Source: the human T2T-CHM13v2.0 reference genome, Homo sapiens. Taken from it: 64,000 nt of DNA. Position numbers and translations under genes: made by a program. Shown piece by piece: positions 1-13,368 of this stretch. The notes under the pieces were generated by a model. It worked only from the letters and a program-made list of their open reading frames with translations, searched no databases and had not been told where the DNA came from. The stretch lies in the NCBI RefSeq assembly GCF_009914755.1, contig NC_060926.1; one strand, written 5' to 3'. The stretch's first letter is position 1. The number at the start of each line of letters is the position of its first letter.

Positions 1-217
1 AGTTGCAAAGTATCCCTCTCGCCTGAGCTCTTGGGGCACAAACTTGGTGGGAGAAGGGAGTGAAAGAGTTGTTTATTCTTTCCCTCTACCTGGGAAGAGG
101 GATGCTGGAGGCCACAAAGCCTCCTTCTCCTCACTTCCTGGCTAGTTTTCATGTTGGGAGGTCAGATAAGTTGAATAACTTATGAAACTGGAGAAATAAC
201 CCTTCTCCTAATATCCC

Positions 218-609
218 TATAGTGTGTTAAACAGTGTCCCTCAGAAAGATATGTACTAGTCCTAACCGCTGGTACCTGCAAGGGAGACCTTGTGTGGTAA
301 CAGCGTCTTTGCAGATGTAATTAAGCTTACATGGACTGTAAATCCAAAGAGAGGCAGGAGAAGAGATTTGAGACCCAGGGAAGACATACATATGAGGAAG
401 GAGCTTGGAGTCCTTCTGCAAGTCAAGGAGCTCCAGGAACCACCAGAACTGGAAGAGGCAAGAATGAATTCTCCCTGGAGTCTTGGGAGGGAGAATGGCC
501 CCGCTGCAACTTGACGCTGGCCTCCAGAGCTGCGAGATAATACATTTCTGCTGTTTTAAGCCACCCAGTTTGCGGTCATTTGTTGTGGCAGCCCTAAGAA
601 ACTAGCACA
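218..609 (+). mobile_element. MaLR solo LTR, MLT1C/D-like
   Basis: Typical MLT1 motifs: gtctttgcagatgtaattaag, accagaactggaagaggcaag, ctgttttaagccacccagtttgcggtcatttgtt, ending aaactagcaca. Confidence 0.85.
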
Positions 610-1525
610 TGGCCTGAAGCAAATACCACCAATATCAGAATATCTTCTGTTGCCATACATTGGACAGAGGGGTATGGACTGGGCCTCACGAGTTCAGACA
701 AATGAGTCCACAGGTTACGTTACGCCAGTGCCTGGCTGGCATGTGGGGTGAGAGCTTTGGATGAAGCCAACGTAACATTGGTCTGTGAAGGGGCCTTGGG
801 GATTTTGTGGGAACAAAGGATAAGGATGTCAGGAGGTCAGAAAAGTCCCAGAAGAGGGATGGCTGGAGATGATTTCCAGTATCTTAAAGGCTCGACCATT
901 GCCTATGGAGAAACAGGGAGTGAAGAGATGCAGGCAGACTAGGATTTCTCACCCTAGGACGTAGTTTCCCTGAGAATGAGGGAATTGACCCCTCTTCACC
1001 GGGATCACTACCTGACACTGCCTTAGAGACCCTGTCCCCTTTCATTCTATACCCTGTATTTCCCACTGCAAAACTTGTTTCCAGAAAGCTCCTAAGGACC
1101 TACAGGAGGTCCCCAACTCTGACAGAGCAGAAAATCACAGTCACCTTAGAGGGAACTCTAGGGCTATGCACCTGAGAAGAATATTGGCCGTTAGCCAAGC
1201 ATTCTTTAATTCAAAGAAAACCAAAACACAGTGAAAGAAAGATGTCACTCTGCATTTAGGGATGTGATGAACACAGTCATTAAATGTAGAAACCAAAAAG
1301 TTCAGAAGTATAGCAGAATCTTGCTCTTTTTACTTCCTCTGATATCCTATGTGACTATGGCAAACCAGTGTATTCTTAGGACAAGCTTCTCTATAGTCAA
1401 TGCTGTGAGTGTTGAGCTGAAGCTGACAGTACCAGCTTTTAAAGTTGATTGTGACATTTTCAGGAACTTTGAAAGAAGATTGTTAAATACAGCCATTATT
1501 AAAATATACGAACTTACAATTAAAT

Positions 1526-1738
1526 CAGTGCTTCTCACTGGGGGTGATTTTGTACTCCATGGGACATTTGGCAATATCTGGAGAGGTTTTCTTGGTTTTT
1601 ACAACTGAGGATTTTACTAGTATCTAGTGGGTAGAGGCCAGAGATTCTGCTAAACATCCTATAATCACAAGGCAGACCCCCCAAAACAAAGAATTATCCT
1701 GCCCAAAATGTCAACAGTAGTAATGTTGAAAAATTCTG
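1526..1738 (+). mobile_element. MER20 hAT-Charlie DNA transposon
   Basis: cagtgcttctcactgggggtgattttg...gggacatttggcaatatctggag...gcccaaaatgtcaacagt; CAG...CTG termini; 8-bp TSD aattaaat/aattaact. Confidence 0.9.
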
Positions 1739-1916
1739 AATTAACTACATTATATTTTATAAAGGTAATAAATCACTCAAAACTCATCACTTTCCAACTA
1801 TTTACTAGTATCTATGTTTTTGAGGTTAGGTATTTACATGCATATTGTGTCTGTATGGTGGAAATACTATATAAGGGTGTGAGCTGTGTATCTCTTCCCA
1901 ACTCCACATTCGGTAA

Positions 1917-2300
<384 letters not shown>

Positions 2301-2468
2301 AAGTCTCCTCACTTTTTTGAAGAGCCAGTTGTTAAACATGCCCTAGCTCACTACTGGAGAAATGGGTATAGTGTGGCTATAGGGGTGTGTGTGGGGGTTC
2401 TCTTCTCTTTCTCACTTCTTTCAAAAGAATGCAGTGAAGCTGAGACCTCTATTTTTCTAAACAAAAAT

Positions 2469-2489
2469 GGGGGGGGGGGGGGCGGGGGG
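2469..2489 (+). repeat. Poly-G tract G14-C-G6
   Basis: Direct reading of the sequence. Confidence 0.9.
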
Positions 2490-2894
2490 CAAAGAAGGTT
2501 GAAATAAATGAAGTATCTGATAAAAATGCAAAAGGAAGGAACAGAAGGAATAGATTATTTACAAGAAATAATTTTAAATGGAAAGGAAGTCATGCGTCTA
2601 AATATCTTTTTACACGATTAAAAACATCTGAATGAAAAGTGAAAATCAATCCTCCTCCCAGATGTCTTTTCATTGTGATGCCAAGTAGACGAATATTTGA
2701 ATATTTGCATTACACACAGCTTAATATCTCAATATTAGGAAATATTAAGATTATTTTCTACTTTTTTTCTTCTTCTTCAGATATTTGAAAACAAACACAC
2801 TTTTGCTAAAGTCGCACATGGTTTCAGAGTGATCCCAGGTGGAAGCAGAGACACAGACAGTGGTTTCTTCACTGAGATCTGCTGTCTTACTGGA

Positions 2895-3194
2895 TTTTTT
2901 TTTTTTTTTTTTTTTGAGACAGAGTCTCGCTGTCACCCAGGCTGGGGTCCAGCTGCACGATCTCGGCTCACTGCAAGCTCCGCCTCCCGGGTTCACGCCA
3001 TTGTCCTGCCTCAGCCTCCCGAGTAACTGGGACTACAGGCGCCCACCACCACGCCCGGCTAATTTTTTGTATTTTTAGTATAGACGGGGTTTCACCGTGT
3101 TAGGCAGGATGGTCTCGATTTCCTGACCTCATGATCCGCCCGCCTCGGCCTCCCAAAGTGCTGAAATTACAGGCGTGAGCCGCCGCGCCCAGCC
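2895..3194 (-). mobile_element. AluY, full length
   Basis: AluY diagnostics gcaagctccgcctcccgggttcacgcca and caccgtgttag..aggatggtctcgat; CpG-rich; TSD gtcttaYtgga at 2884 and 3195. Confidence 0.95.
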
Positions 3195-3799
3195 GTCTTA
3201 TTGGAGTTTGAGATTGATCTGTGATGTGGTCACATTCTTAAAGAGCTCCTCTCAATAAAAACACATGGGAGTAGGGGGAACAGAGAGGAAGACGGAGAGA
3301 GAAAACAAAACATTTTCAATGAAAGGAAGAATTTTACAAATTTTAAAACTAAGTAAGCCAATGAAACAAGTCTGTTGGGATAAAGTGGTAGCTCAGAAGG
3401 GGAGGCACAGGGAATAAGTTTTCTGAAGCTGAGAGAATTCCAGGACTGAAGGGAAAAAGCAGAAGAACCCTGGACACTGATAGGAATGAACTCTGGACGA
3501 AGATAAGGTGTCGTGCTCCAGTAGCGGCAAGCTGGCTTGATAATGAGAAAATGAGGCTGGGGCCATGTTTAAGAAGTGAGAGTAAACGAGTGTCCACTTA
3601 GATCCCAGGAGCCCAGACCACATGTACATACATCACCTAATACAGGGCTGGTGCCTACTCCACACTCAACAAATGTTAGCTCCTCTCCCTAACTTTCAAT
3701 TGCACACGTTTGTGACTTACCTCTCACCTCTGATCTCCTTCAGTTAAACCTACCTCTACCATATCCTTTGGCCAGATTTTTCTTTCCCTAACCCAAATA

Positions 3800-4040
3800 G
3801 AGGCTCTGTTTTTAGGTCCTGCACACTTCTCCCTATATTCCTATTGACAGCTTCAATTGCCCTGTCTGTGAAAATGACTCTGGGGTTCACAGCTTAAGTC
3901 CCAATATCTTGTTTCTCCCATATCCTATCTTCTAAGTAGTATACAGACATCCTAAATGTGTTGCTGCCACCTTCACTCAACATGTCCAAAACAAATCACC
4001 CTCTCTTTCCCCAAACCATCTTTCCTTCCCTGATAGTGTT
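3800..4040 (+). mobile_element. L2 fragment
   Basis: Degenerate L2 motifs (ctcaacatgtccaaaac...ctttccccaaacc). Confidence 0.5.
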
Positions 4041-4044
4041 CCCT

Positions 4045-4300
4045 GAAGAGAGAGTGATTTGTCAGAAGACTAGAAGGTGAGGAGAGTAAAGACACCTTAA
4101 GAAACAATAGAGATTCAGAATGGCTGCAAGGGGCAGGTAGGGGTGTGTGGAGAGAGGAAAGGGGAAGCTAGAGAGGTGAGCAGGGCCAGATTCTGAGGGC
4201 CTTGAGTGGCACTGAGGATTTATGACTTGATCATAAAACCCAGTGGAGAGTCCTAACTGAAAGGGACTGGAAGCAAAATAGCCTTTGATAAAATAGACTC
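4045..4300 (-). mobile_element. L2 fragment
   Basis: gggccagattctgagggccttg...aggattt...ggaagc resembles antisense L2. Confidence 0.5.
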
Positions 4301-5481
4301 TACAAGAGCGTTGGCATGGTGGCAAGGGCTCTGGCCACTTGAGAATTCCCCTGGCAGGCCAGGGCACGTCCCTACTTCTATAAGAAGAACTGAGACCATG
4401 TGGGGAGCCTCCTGGTAACTCTGTGGACTGCAGACTGCTTGCTATGTCTTGAATGAGGTCTGCCCTCTTAAAGTGGTCCATGAAGTCTTTCATCATTGCC
4501 CTTTGTGGAGGGGTCCAACCAAACTTTGCCTGATACTGAATTCCTCCCCAGAGGGGATATTCTAGTCTCGGCTGCTGGGTCTTTAGTTGGTGTGACTGTG
4601 GGCCAGTCAATACCTAGATCTCTAAGCATCCCCCACTTTGAAACAGACACAAAAAAAATAGCACTCCCTCAGAGGCTGAGAATAAGACAAAGGCAACCGC
4701 ATTCTTTAAGGCCACAGGAAAGTACCTGGGAAATATGAGCCTATTATTAAAAGTGGGTGGAGGAGATTGGAAGGAAAGGGAAAGTCTGTTGGAAATCCAA
4801 TCCCCTGACGGGCAGTGACAGAGGTGGGCAGCAGGCCTGGTCAGCCTCACAAATCAGGCTTCTCTTAAATAGCTACTGTCAACAGAGTAGCGAGGGAGTG
4901 GAGATTTAGTGCTCACTCTCAAACCCATCATATCTGTTGTGCTTCAAAGCATGGAAAAGATGATAAATCAAAGAAGAATATGAACCAACGCCACTAATTT
5001 GGTGCCGAGTTGTTCCATTTGCCATGGAGTCCTCAGAAATTCCTCCACAAAGCCCAGTGCCCTTTTCTTAAAATCACATAACCAATCAAATATTAATAAA
5101 TGTATTAATTCCTAACAGGAAAGGTGACTCATATGGATTTTGCATTAGGGAAGAAAAAACCTGACAACTAAGAGGTCTCAACTGGTTTTGGTGATCTAAC
5201 CAGCAATTTTGTCCATTTAGGAAAGATGTGGCTTCCTGATTAATGTGGAACCTTAGCCATGATTTTAATAAAAGTTTTAATATGTACAGCTGCTCAGCTG
5301 GAGTCATGTTTAATTAAAACCTTGAAGACTCCTGGAGCGTTCTCTCCTCTTCACCAAGGGAGGAGACACAGAATGGCCCCAGGGTAATAGGGAGATAGCG
5401 GGGCAGGTGGAGGGATATTGGGGTGTGGTGCAGGGCTGCAGAGGGGTACAGAGGAGAGGAGCAGAGCACCCATGTGCCTGA

Positions 5482-5913
<432 letters not shown>

Positions 5914-5929
5914 TAAAAAGAGAACACTA

Positions 5930-5972
5930 GTTGTTTGTTTTTTGTTTGTTTGTTTGTTTGTTTGTTTGTTTT
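5930..5972 (+). repeat. (TTTG)n microsatellite
   Basis: About 10 tandem TTTG units. Confidence 0.9.
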
Positions 5973-6254
5973 GACATGGACTAGTGTAACAGAACCCAGC
6001 ATAGAAACCTAGAGGTGACACTAAGGCATGGCATGATCCTAAAACAGCTTGTTCTTATCCTAACAGTTTTTATTAGGGACATCATGAAAGCTCATGGCTT
6101 CACAGTCTTGCAAGTAGGAATAGGGCAGCCATGGGTCTAGAGAGCAAAGGGCATCAGGCTCTGGTTTTAATAGTACATGACATTTAGTGAAAAATGGTGG
6201 TCTACAAAGCTATGTATAATCAGATTTCAATTACAGAATATATACTATAATGTA

Positions 6255-6430
6255 TACTGATGGGCATAGAAAAAAGAATGGAAGGAAATGCTCTAAAATA
6301 TTAATATTGATTAAAAGCCTTGAGATGATGGGAGCATGAGAAATTTTTATTTTCTTATTTCATACATTAGTATATTTGATGAATATTCTATAATGGGCAT
6401 GAATTGCTTTTATGACTGAGAGAAATAAAT
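6255..6430 (+). mobile_element. Old L1 (L1ME-like) 3' end fragment
   Basis: agaaaaaagaatggaaggaaat...tttttattttctt...ttctataatgggcatg...aaataaa. Confidence 0.55.
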
Positions 6431-7779
6431 ATTATAAACATATAATTTGTATTACAAAATAAATATTACAAGGCACCTTAAGCCATCTCTTTTGTTCCCT
6501 GTTACAAAATATATGGACACTTAAAAGTACATGTAAAAGGACACATAAAAAAGCATGAACCAAAAAAAAAATTTTTTTCCTCTACTTTAAAATAACGATG
6601 TCCAGGCACTTAAGCTATGTGGTATGGAACCCTGTAAAATGATATAGCTGTGTCATCAATAGATAAGTTACCCTCTGAGGTAGCTTAAGAAACAGTGGCT
6701 GGTTTTAAAATGACTACAAAGCAAACCTGACAATAAAATTCACTTAAATATCTGACTCTGCAAAAAAAAAAAAAACACATTACACTCTGTCCTAGAGGAG
6801 TACTATGTAATTGGAAGGCCTGTGCTGTACCAAGAACATCCTTAGTATAAGGCACAATCCCAGATGTGATAAAATAAAAATGTGAGCTCTTAAGTACTTT
6901 TTAATGTTTCAAAGTCAACGAGGAACTAACTGCCAGGAGTAGGATGGCAACTCTCTCACTTCATAACATGTTTTTAAGCAGAAAAATTCCTTAATAGAGG
7001 ACGTGGAGTCATATTTAAGGAAGGGAGGAGGCTTGAATTGTGAAGCACCAAGGGGGCTTTTAAATGAAGCTGTTGAATGAGTTGGCTTTTGGGGTACAAG
7101 AATGTGTGTGACCAGGGCTTTGTTTGCAGGGCCTGCAGTACAATGCAGATTTTCAGGGACCTGCCTGGACCAGAAGGGAAGAATTTGAACTTGAAGACAC
7201 TTGAGTTTCTTCTTGAAGATAGAAAATTGAGCATAAGCTGACACTTCATTTTTCCACACCAAACACTGGCAAAGGTAGAAAACTATTTAAGTGTAAAAAG
7301 AGTTAATAGATATATATCCATACTTGAAAGCAAGAAAGAGACATCTCATGAGACCAAAATGGGGATTCCTTAAACCCTAAAACATGAAAACAAAAGGAAC
7401 ATCAAATGGGCAATACGCCAATGCTCTTTGCCTGTAGTAAGGACAAGACCACCCTCATGAGGCTGGGGGCTGGGTCACCATGCTCACTGGTGTTGAAAAG
7501 CTAAGCTGTGTGGTTCCCACCCCTACCATCTCCCTAAGATTGGGGGTGATGTGATTACCCATGGCGAGGTGAGGAAATTGCTACTCACGTGACACAAGGG
7601 CCCAGAGCTCACTCCGGTGAGGACAGAGCTCAGATCCACATCACCCATCCACACGTGGGGCAGACCAGTGGCCAGCACAAGCCTGAATGGGAACCACTTC
7701 CCCTCAAGTCTAGGGCTAAGACCCCCCAAGACTGTTTTTCCTGGGATACCACCCAGAACATTCAGAATGGTGGCTTCTG

Positions 7780-8050
7780 GCAGAAGATGAGCTCATAAAC
7801 CAAAAATTCTCAAGCCTGTGGGAGAGTAACACCACAAAAGGCAGACAACAAACAGAAGTCACATGGGGAAACAGAGCTGATAGAGTAACATTAAATTGGC
7901 TCTTAAACAAGTATCTTTACTCAAAGAGATAAAGGACGTAATAACATCCATGGAAAAGAATAGGTGATTATGGAATGAGAGGAGGTGGTTATCAAAGAGA
8001 AAACACATAGAAATTTTGGAAATGAAGGCTGAAGAAGTAGAGGAAGACAT
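7780..8050 (+). mobile_element. Old L1M/HAL1 5'/ORF1-like fragment
   Basis: Purine-rich, with tcaaagagataaagg and atagaaattttggaaatgaa typical of the L1 ORF1 region. Confidence 0.35.
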
Positions 8051-8854
8051 TAAATCATAGCTTATGTGGGAAACAAAATGCTGAGGTTAAAGAAGTAGCT
8101 CCTGGCATTGGAGAAGAAGCAAATGAGAGAAACAGATCCTAAGCCTGCTGGGAGATGGGCAATGCAAGTGTTTCAGGCTGATATCGTGGGGGCTGCTCAC
8201 GTGCTCAGGACTGTTTGTGTACAGTGTCGATTGCATGGTGGGGGTGGCCCTGAGAGCTCAGAGGATTCAGGCCAGATTGAACTTTGTGGGAGCCAAAGAT
8301 AGGTTGAGATGATTCAAAAGGACAGTCTGGGGACACGTTAAGAGTTGGGGCATAAACAGTGGAAGAGGTATGGTGTTGGTTGGTGGGTGGAGGAGTAGGA
8401 AGGAACCCAGGCCGTATTTCTGGAAATAGGCAGCTTAACTTGGAGGACCATGAAAGGGCTCAGTATTTCTACTGGGGGTTAGCAGCAAATTTCTTAACAG
8501 CCCAGCTCAGAGGGACACCCACCTAGGTGGAAAGGTGAGGACTGCTGGGTCACCAACTACACTGGGTTAAAGGTTTCAGAATTGGGTTGGTAGTCTATTT
8601 TATGATTCCTTTCTGGAAGTCCAAATAACCAGAACTGCATTTTCACACAGCTCTGCCTACATGCAGAGAAATTTGCTCTCTGATTCCCATTCTAGAAGAA
8701 GTTTCAAACTAGCCAATTCACAGCTTGGCAAATGGCCTCTGAAAGCAATACAGAAATATCAGGGAGTGAAGGGGCAAGAGAGCAGGAGCCTAGTGTTGCA
8801 GCAAGCCCCTAGACAGGTTCTAATACTTTACAAATATTAATTTAATACTTATCA

Positions 8855-9025
8855 AGACATTGGGCACGAGTTCTAGCTCCAGTCCTATTTAATGACTTGA
8901 TTCTGGTGCCTCGGTTTCCCCATGTGTTCACAGGGGATAATCATGTGTCCTCTGCCTATCCTAAAGTATTAGGGTTATCTTGAGTATCAAATGCAAGGAT
9001 ATGAATGGAAGACTTTGTGAGCTGT
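8855..9025 (+). mobile_element. MIR fragment
   Basis: gagttctagctcc...gcctcggtttcccca...gggataat core. Confidence 0.6.
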
Positions 9026-9939
9026 GGCATGATTCCAGGGGAGGGGCCGGGGCTGTAACAAAGGGAAGCAGGTGCACACTGTGGCCTGGATACTAACGGC
9101 TCCATTAATCTTGGTGGAAGCATCAAGAGTACCAGTGGATTTTTTCTTCAGTGTCATGGCCACCCAGAGAGGACAGGGCAGAATTATGGTGCTCACTCAG
9201 CTTCTCTGAGTGTTCCATAGAGTGAAGTGAGCCGTGGGAAGAGTTCTCTGAAAAAACAAAAGCAGGCAGGAAAGTCATGCAAATGGGTACAGCGTGTATC
9301 CAGAGGAGTGATGCCGGGTTCAAGCAACTCAGAAACAGCACCTGGGCAGATTCAGCAGAGGGTCCAGACCTCGTCCTGGCATTCATTGTCAGGATGCCCC
9401 TTACCAGACTCAGAGGCCGAAGCTCATTGGCCTATCTGGATTAGGGGAGATAGAAACTCTGAGAGAAGCATGTTCAAGCTGGACAGAGATAGAGAGCCCC
9501 AGGCATGCCTCTGAGGACACCTGAAGGTGGGGGCGGGGGACAGGAACTCTACCAGCTCAGTGTCCTGAGGGTGTGAGTGCCTCAAGGGTTGGATGCAGAT
9601 TTACTGGGAGGTTAAAAGGCTAACACCTAGTTTATATTACTAATTGCCTGTGGCACTACTGAGGCAACGGAAAGCTGAGCAAACTCGATATGAATCATAT
9701 ATTTTTGTTTTTTTCTTGATATTTTGCCAGCAGGATGGGATTTATCATTTTCCTGGGGAAAATGGCTTGACTTGTCCTTATTCTCACAGAACAAGCTTGG
9801 ATGGTCACTCTTATGGCTCATTTGCCCCAGGGAGGCCCCAGACATATTCAGGATCCAACATGGACAGGCTTGGAGAAGAGATTCTGCTCATAGAATCCCA
9901 GCAGGGTCAGGCCTGGGGAGGACCCAAAAACCATCAAGT

Positions 9940-10055
9940 CCAGTGAGCTTTTTATGAAATCCTATTTTGAATGAACTCTTTAATATATAAGACAGACATG
10001 AGTAGGGCTGATCTGGTTAAAGAGGCTTGGAGTCCCACCAGGCCACCTGCTTGGA
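9940..10055 (+). mobile_element. MER103C-like hAT-Charlie fragment
   Basis: aatatataagacagacatgagtagggctgatctggttaaag resembles recalled MER103 consensus. Confidence 0.5.
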
Positions 10056-10359
10056 GACTCTTAATATATAAAATCTCTTAATTTTCCAGTTTAGCAAGGA
10101 TTAAGTGATGTGTCTAGCATTACCTAACAAGGTGGTGGTAGAACAAGATCTGGAAACCACAATGCCTGACTACCAGACACAGAGGGTCCTGTTTGCTTGA
10201 TAATGTCACCACCCCTCACCTGCCTCCCTCAGGGGAGGTACAACAATGACAAAGATCAGGTTAAAGAGTCCTGAACCTCTGCAAAAATACATAATGATGC
10301 TAAAGAAGGTGGAAGGACTATAGCTGGACAATAGAGGCTACCACATTTGGAGGTGAGTT

Positions 10360-11257
10360 TGTTGATGAAAAAGCCAAGTTCTATAAAAATATTTGAAACT
10401 GTATTCCGAGCCAGATGTGAAGACCATGACCTGTGACACAGCCTCAGGAGATCCTGAGAACATGTGCCCAAGGTGGTTGGCTACAGCTTAGTTGGCATAC
10501 ATATTAAGGGGACATAAGACATCAATCAATACACGTAAGATATACATTGATTCTGTCTGGAAAGGCAGGACAACTTGAAGTGGGGGCTTGCAGGTCAGAG
10601 GTAGATTCAAAGATTTTCTGATTGGCAATTTGTCGACAGAGTTAAGTTATTTATTATCCAAAGACTTGGAATCAATAGAAAGGCACGTCTGGGTTAAGAT
10701 AAGGGGTTACAGAGACCAAGGTTCTTATTATGAAGATGAAGTCTCATAGGTGGCCACTCATAGAAGCAATAGATCGCAAATGTTTCCTATTCAGACCTTT
10801 AAAAGGTACCTGAGTTTCAGCTAATCTTGTCAGGATCAGAAAAATACGTAGACAGGGAAGGGGATTCTCTACCAAATGTAAATTTCCCCCACAAGAGACA
10901 GCTCTGCAGGTCCATTTCAAAATATGTCACAGAAATATATTTTGGGGTAAAATACTTGGATTTCTTTCAGGGCCTGCTCTCTGTCATGTGATGCTACACT
11001 AGAGTCAGGCTGGAAGTTAGTATCTTATTACTACAAAGAGTCTGTTTTGTCAGCCTTCAGGTCTCTGTTTTCATGTTAATGCCAGTTAGTTGTGCCTGCA
11101 TTCCAAAGGAAGGAGAGTATCATGAGGCATGACTGACCCCCTCCTTCCCATCATGGTCTGAACTAGTTTTTTTTAGGCTTCCTTGGAAGCCCCCTTGGCC
11201 AAGGGGAGGGGTGCATTCAGTCGGTTGGGTGGCTCAGAATTTTGTTTTTGGTTTACC
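10360..11257 (-). mobile_element. ERV1 solo LTR, MER4 family (MER4D-like)
   Basis: gacacagcctcaggagatcctgagaacatgtgcccaaggtgg, gattcaaagattttctgattggc, ttttgtttttggtttac; 4-bp TSD agtt (10356-10359, 11258-11261). Confidence 0.88.
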
Positions 11258-11656
11258 AGTTCATCCCTCACACTTGGCCCAGCAAGCTCAGCACCATTCA
11301 GTCTCTCTGGAAACATCCTGAAGCACTGGTAGGTCAGTGATGAAGGATAGAAACCATCCCTCAGTTTATCAGTTTGAGCTTATGATTCCCCCTATGCCTG
11401 GGATACTTCCTTTTCTATCCACTCTTTCCTGGCTAAATCCTTAAATCTTTGCACCCACTTGACTTGCCAATTCTCCAATTTAAACGATGTTTCCCTGTAA
11501 TGATTCCTAATGAGACCCTTTTTTTTCCTTCCTATGCAATTGGTGATTACATGAAAAACTCTTCAAATTATTTAGTATCCACTTCTCCCATAAGTAAGTA
11601 CCACAAGGCTAGGATCAAGTTAAATGTGGTCACCTCTGTATACTCAGGGTCTAGCA

Positions 11657-11938
11657 CAGGGTGGGCAAATTACAATCTGTAGATCAAATCTGGCCCACTA
11701 CCTATTTTTGTATAACTCAAGAGCTGAGAATAGAGAAGTTTTTTTTTTTTTTTTTTTACAGTTTTTAACTGTTGGAAAGAAATCAAAAAGAGAATATTTT
11801 ATGACGTGAGGATTACGTGAAATTCAAATTTCGGTGTTCATAAGTAAGGTTTTGTTGGATGACAGGCATGTTCATTCATTTACGTATGGTCTATGGCCCT
11901 TTCGTGTTACAATGGCAGAGTCGAGTAGTTACAACAGA
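11657..11938 (+). mobile_element. MER58B hAT-Charlie element (3' truncated)
   Basis: cagggtgggcaaattac...aaatctggcccact...aattcaaatttc...acaatggcagagtcgagtagttacaacaga. Confidence 0.85.
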
Positions 11939-12663
11939 AAAAAGAAGCAGAGAAGGGCCATGCTGAAGTTCACACATGTGTCAGGGATTACACTCAGATC
12001 TTTCAAACTCCTGCAGAGTTTTTACTTATTGAATTTCTCCAAACTGGCAACAAAGACAGCAAAACTCATGGCCCAGAATCTAACCTGGTCCCCTCAGCAG
12101 GTTTTCTAGGTATCTGGGATAGGTAAATATCCTGAGGACATGGGATAAAAGATGCTTTGTTAAAAGCCACTTTGAACACCTCCCTGAGAAAAGACATTTA
12201 AAAGATAAAAGGGAAAAGAGGTCTGATGTGTCCTGTTTGTGCCAAAGTTGAGTTTGGTTTCCATTCCATTATAAAATGCAACAACCCTAGGAGTTTCATG
12301 TTCTGGCACCACATTGCTCTTTCAGATCTTGCTTTGTTCTGCTCACATCTCTGACACAGGAACAAAGCCACAAGCCTATGCAGACAGTTGTCTCTGGATT
12401 AGAGTGCCTTGTTTCAGCTCACCCTGCTCAAACCAGAGCTATACAAAGGTGGCATTGGTGTTAACTCTTGTCTCTTAAAAGTTGGTGAATCCTCTCTTCA
12501 ATCATTCCTGTTGGGATATTCTGACATATTTCACTCCAGCCAATAAATATAGGTGATATTTAATGACAGTGGGGGCCAGCGCAATAGTAGGACACTATGT
12601 GAAAGCAATAATCTACAGTCTAAAGAAAACCATGCTTGAGTGGATTACTTCAGTTTCAAAAGT

Positions 12664-12958
12664 CAGTAGTCCCCTACCTTTTTGGCATCAGGAACCGGTT
12701 TCGTGGAAGACAGTTTTTCCATGGACAGGGGGGTGGGTAGCGATTACGTTCTCATAAGGAGTGTGCAACTAAATCCCCTGAATGTGCGGTGCACGATAGG
12801 GTTCACGCTTCTATGAGAATTTAATGCCACCACTGATCTGACAGGAGGTGGAGCTCAGGTGGTAACGCTTCCTTGCTCGTTACTCACCTCCTGCTGCTGC
12901 GGCCCGATTCCTAACAGGAACCAGTATCGGTCCATGGCCTTGGGGTTGTGGAGGCCTG
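12664..12958 (+). mobile_element. MER1B hAT-Charlie element
   Basis: ccggtttcgtggaagacagtttttccatggac, ctgatctgacaggaggtggagctcagg; CAG...CTG ends; degenerate 8-bp TSD tcaaaagt/tcataaat. Confidence 0.9.
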
Positions 12959-13002
12959 TCATAAATGACCAGGATTGAAAGGGGCCTTAAAAAGTTATCC
13001 CA

Positions 13003-13368
13003 CTGCTATAGACTAAATGTTCAAAATTCATAGGTTGAAATTCTAACCCCCAGTGTGATAGCATTTGGAGGCGGGGCCTTTGGGAGATAGATGACTTAGA
13101 TGAAGTCACGAAAGGTGGGGCCCTCATAATGGGATTAGTGTTTTTATAAGAAGACAAAGGGAGACCAGAGCTTTGTCTCTTTCTTCCACGTGATCACCTG
13201 GCAAGAAGGTGGCCGTCTACGAGCCAGGAAGAAGGCCCTCACCAGAAACCGGCCATGTGAGCACCCTGATCTTGAATGTCTTTGCCTCCAGAACTATGAG
13301 AAATCAATGTATGTTGTTTAAGCCACCCAGTATATGATACTTGGTTGGAGCAGACCCAGTGAAGGCAC
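13003..13368 (+). mobile_element. MaLR solo LTR MLT1A/MLT1A0
   Basis: tgctatagactaaatg...ggggcctttgggag...gccaggaagaaggccctcaccagaa...tttaagccacccagt. Confidence 0.88.

Noticed and set aside
2751-3078. ORFs with Alu-type peptides (also at 5418-5916, 16454-16819, 26354-26593, 44986-45524, 61240-61784)
   Set aside because: They are translations of Alu sequence (e.g. [22 protein letters not shown]), not genes.
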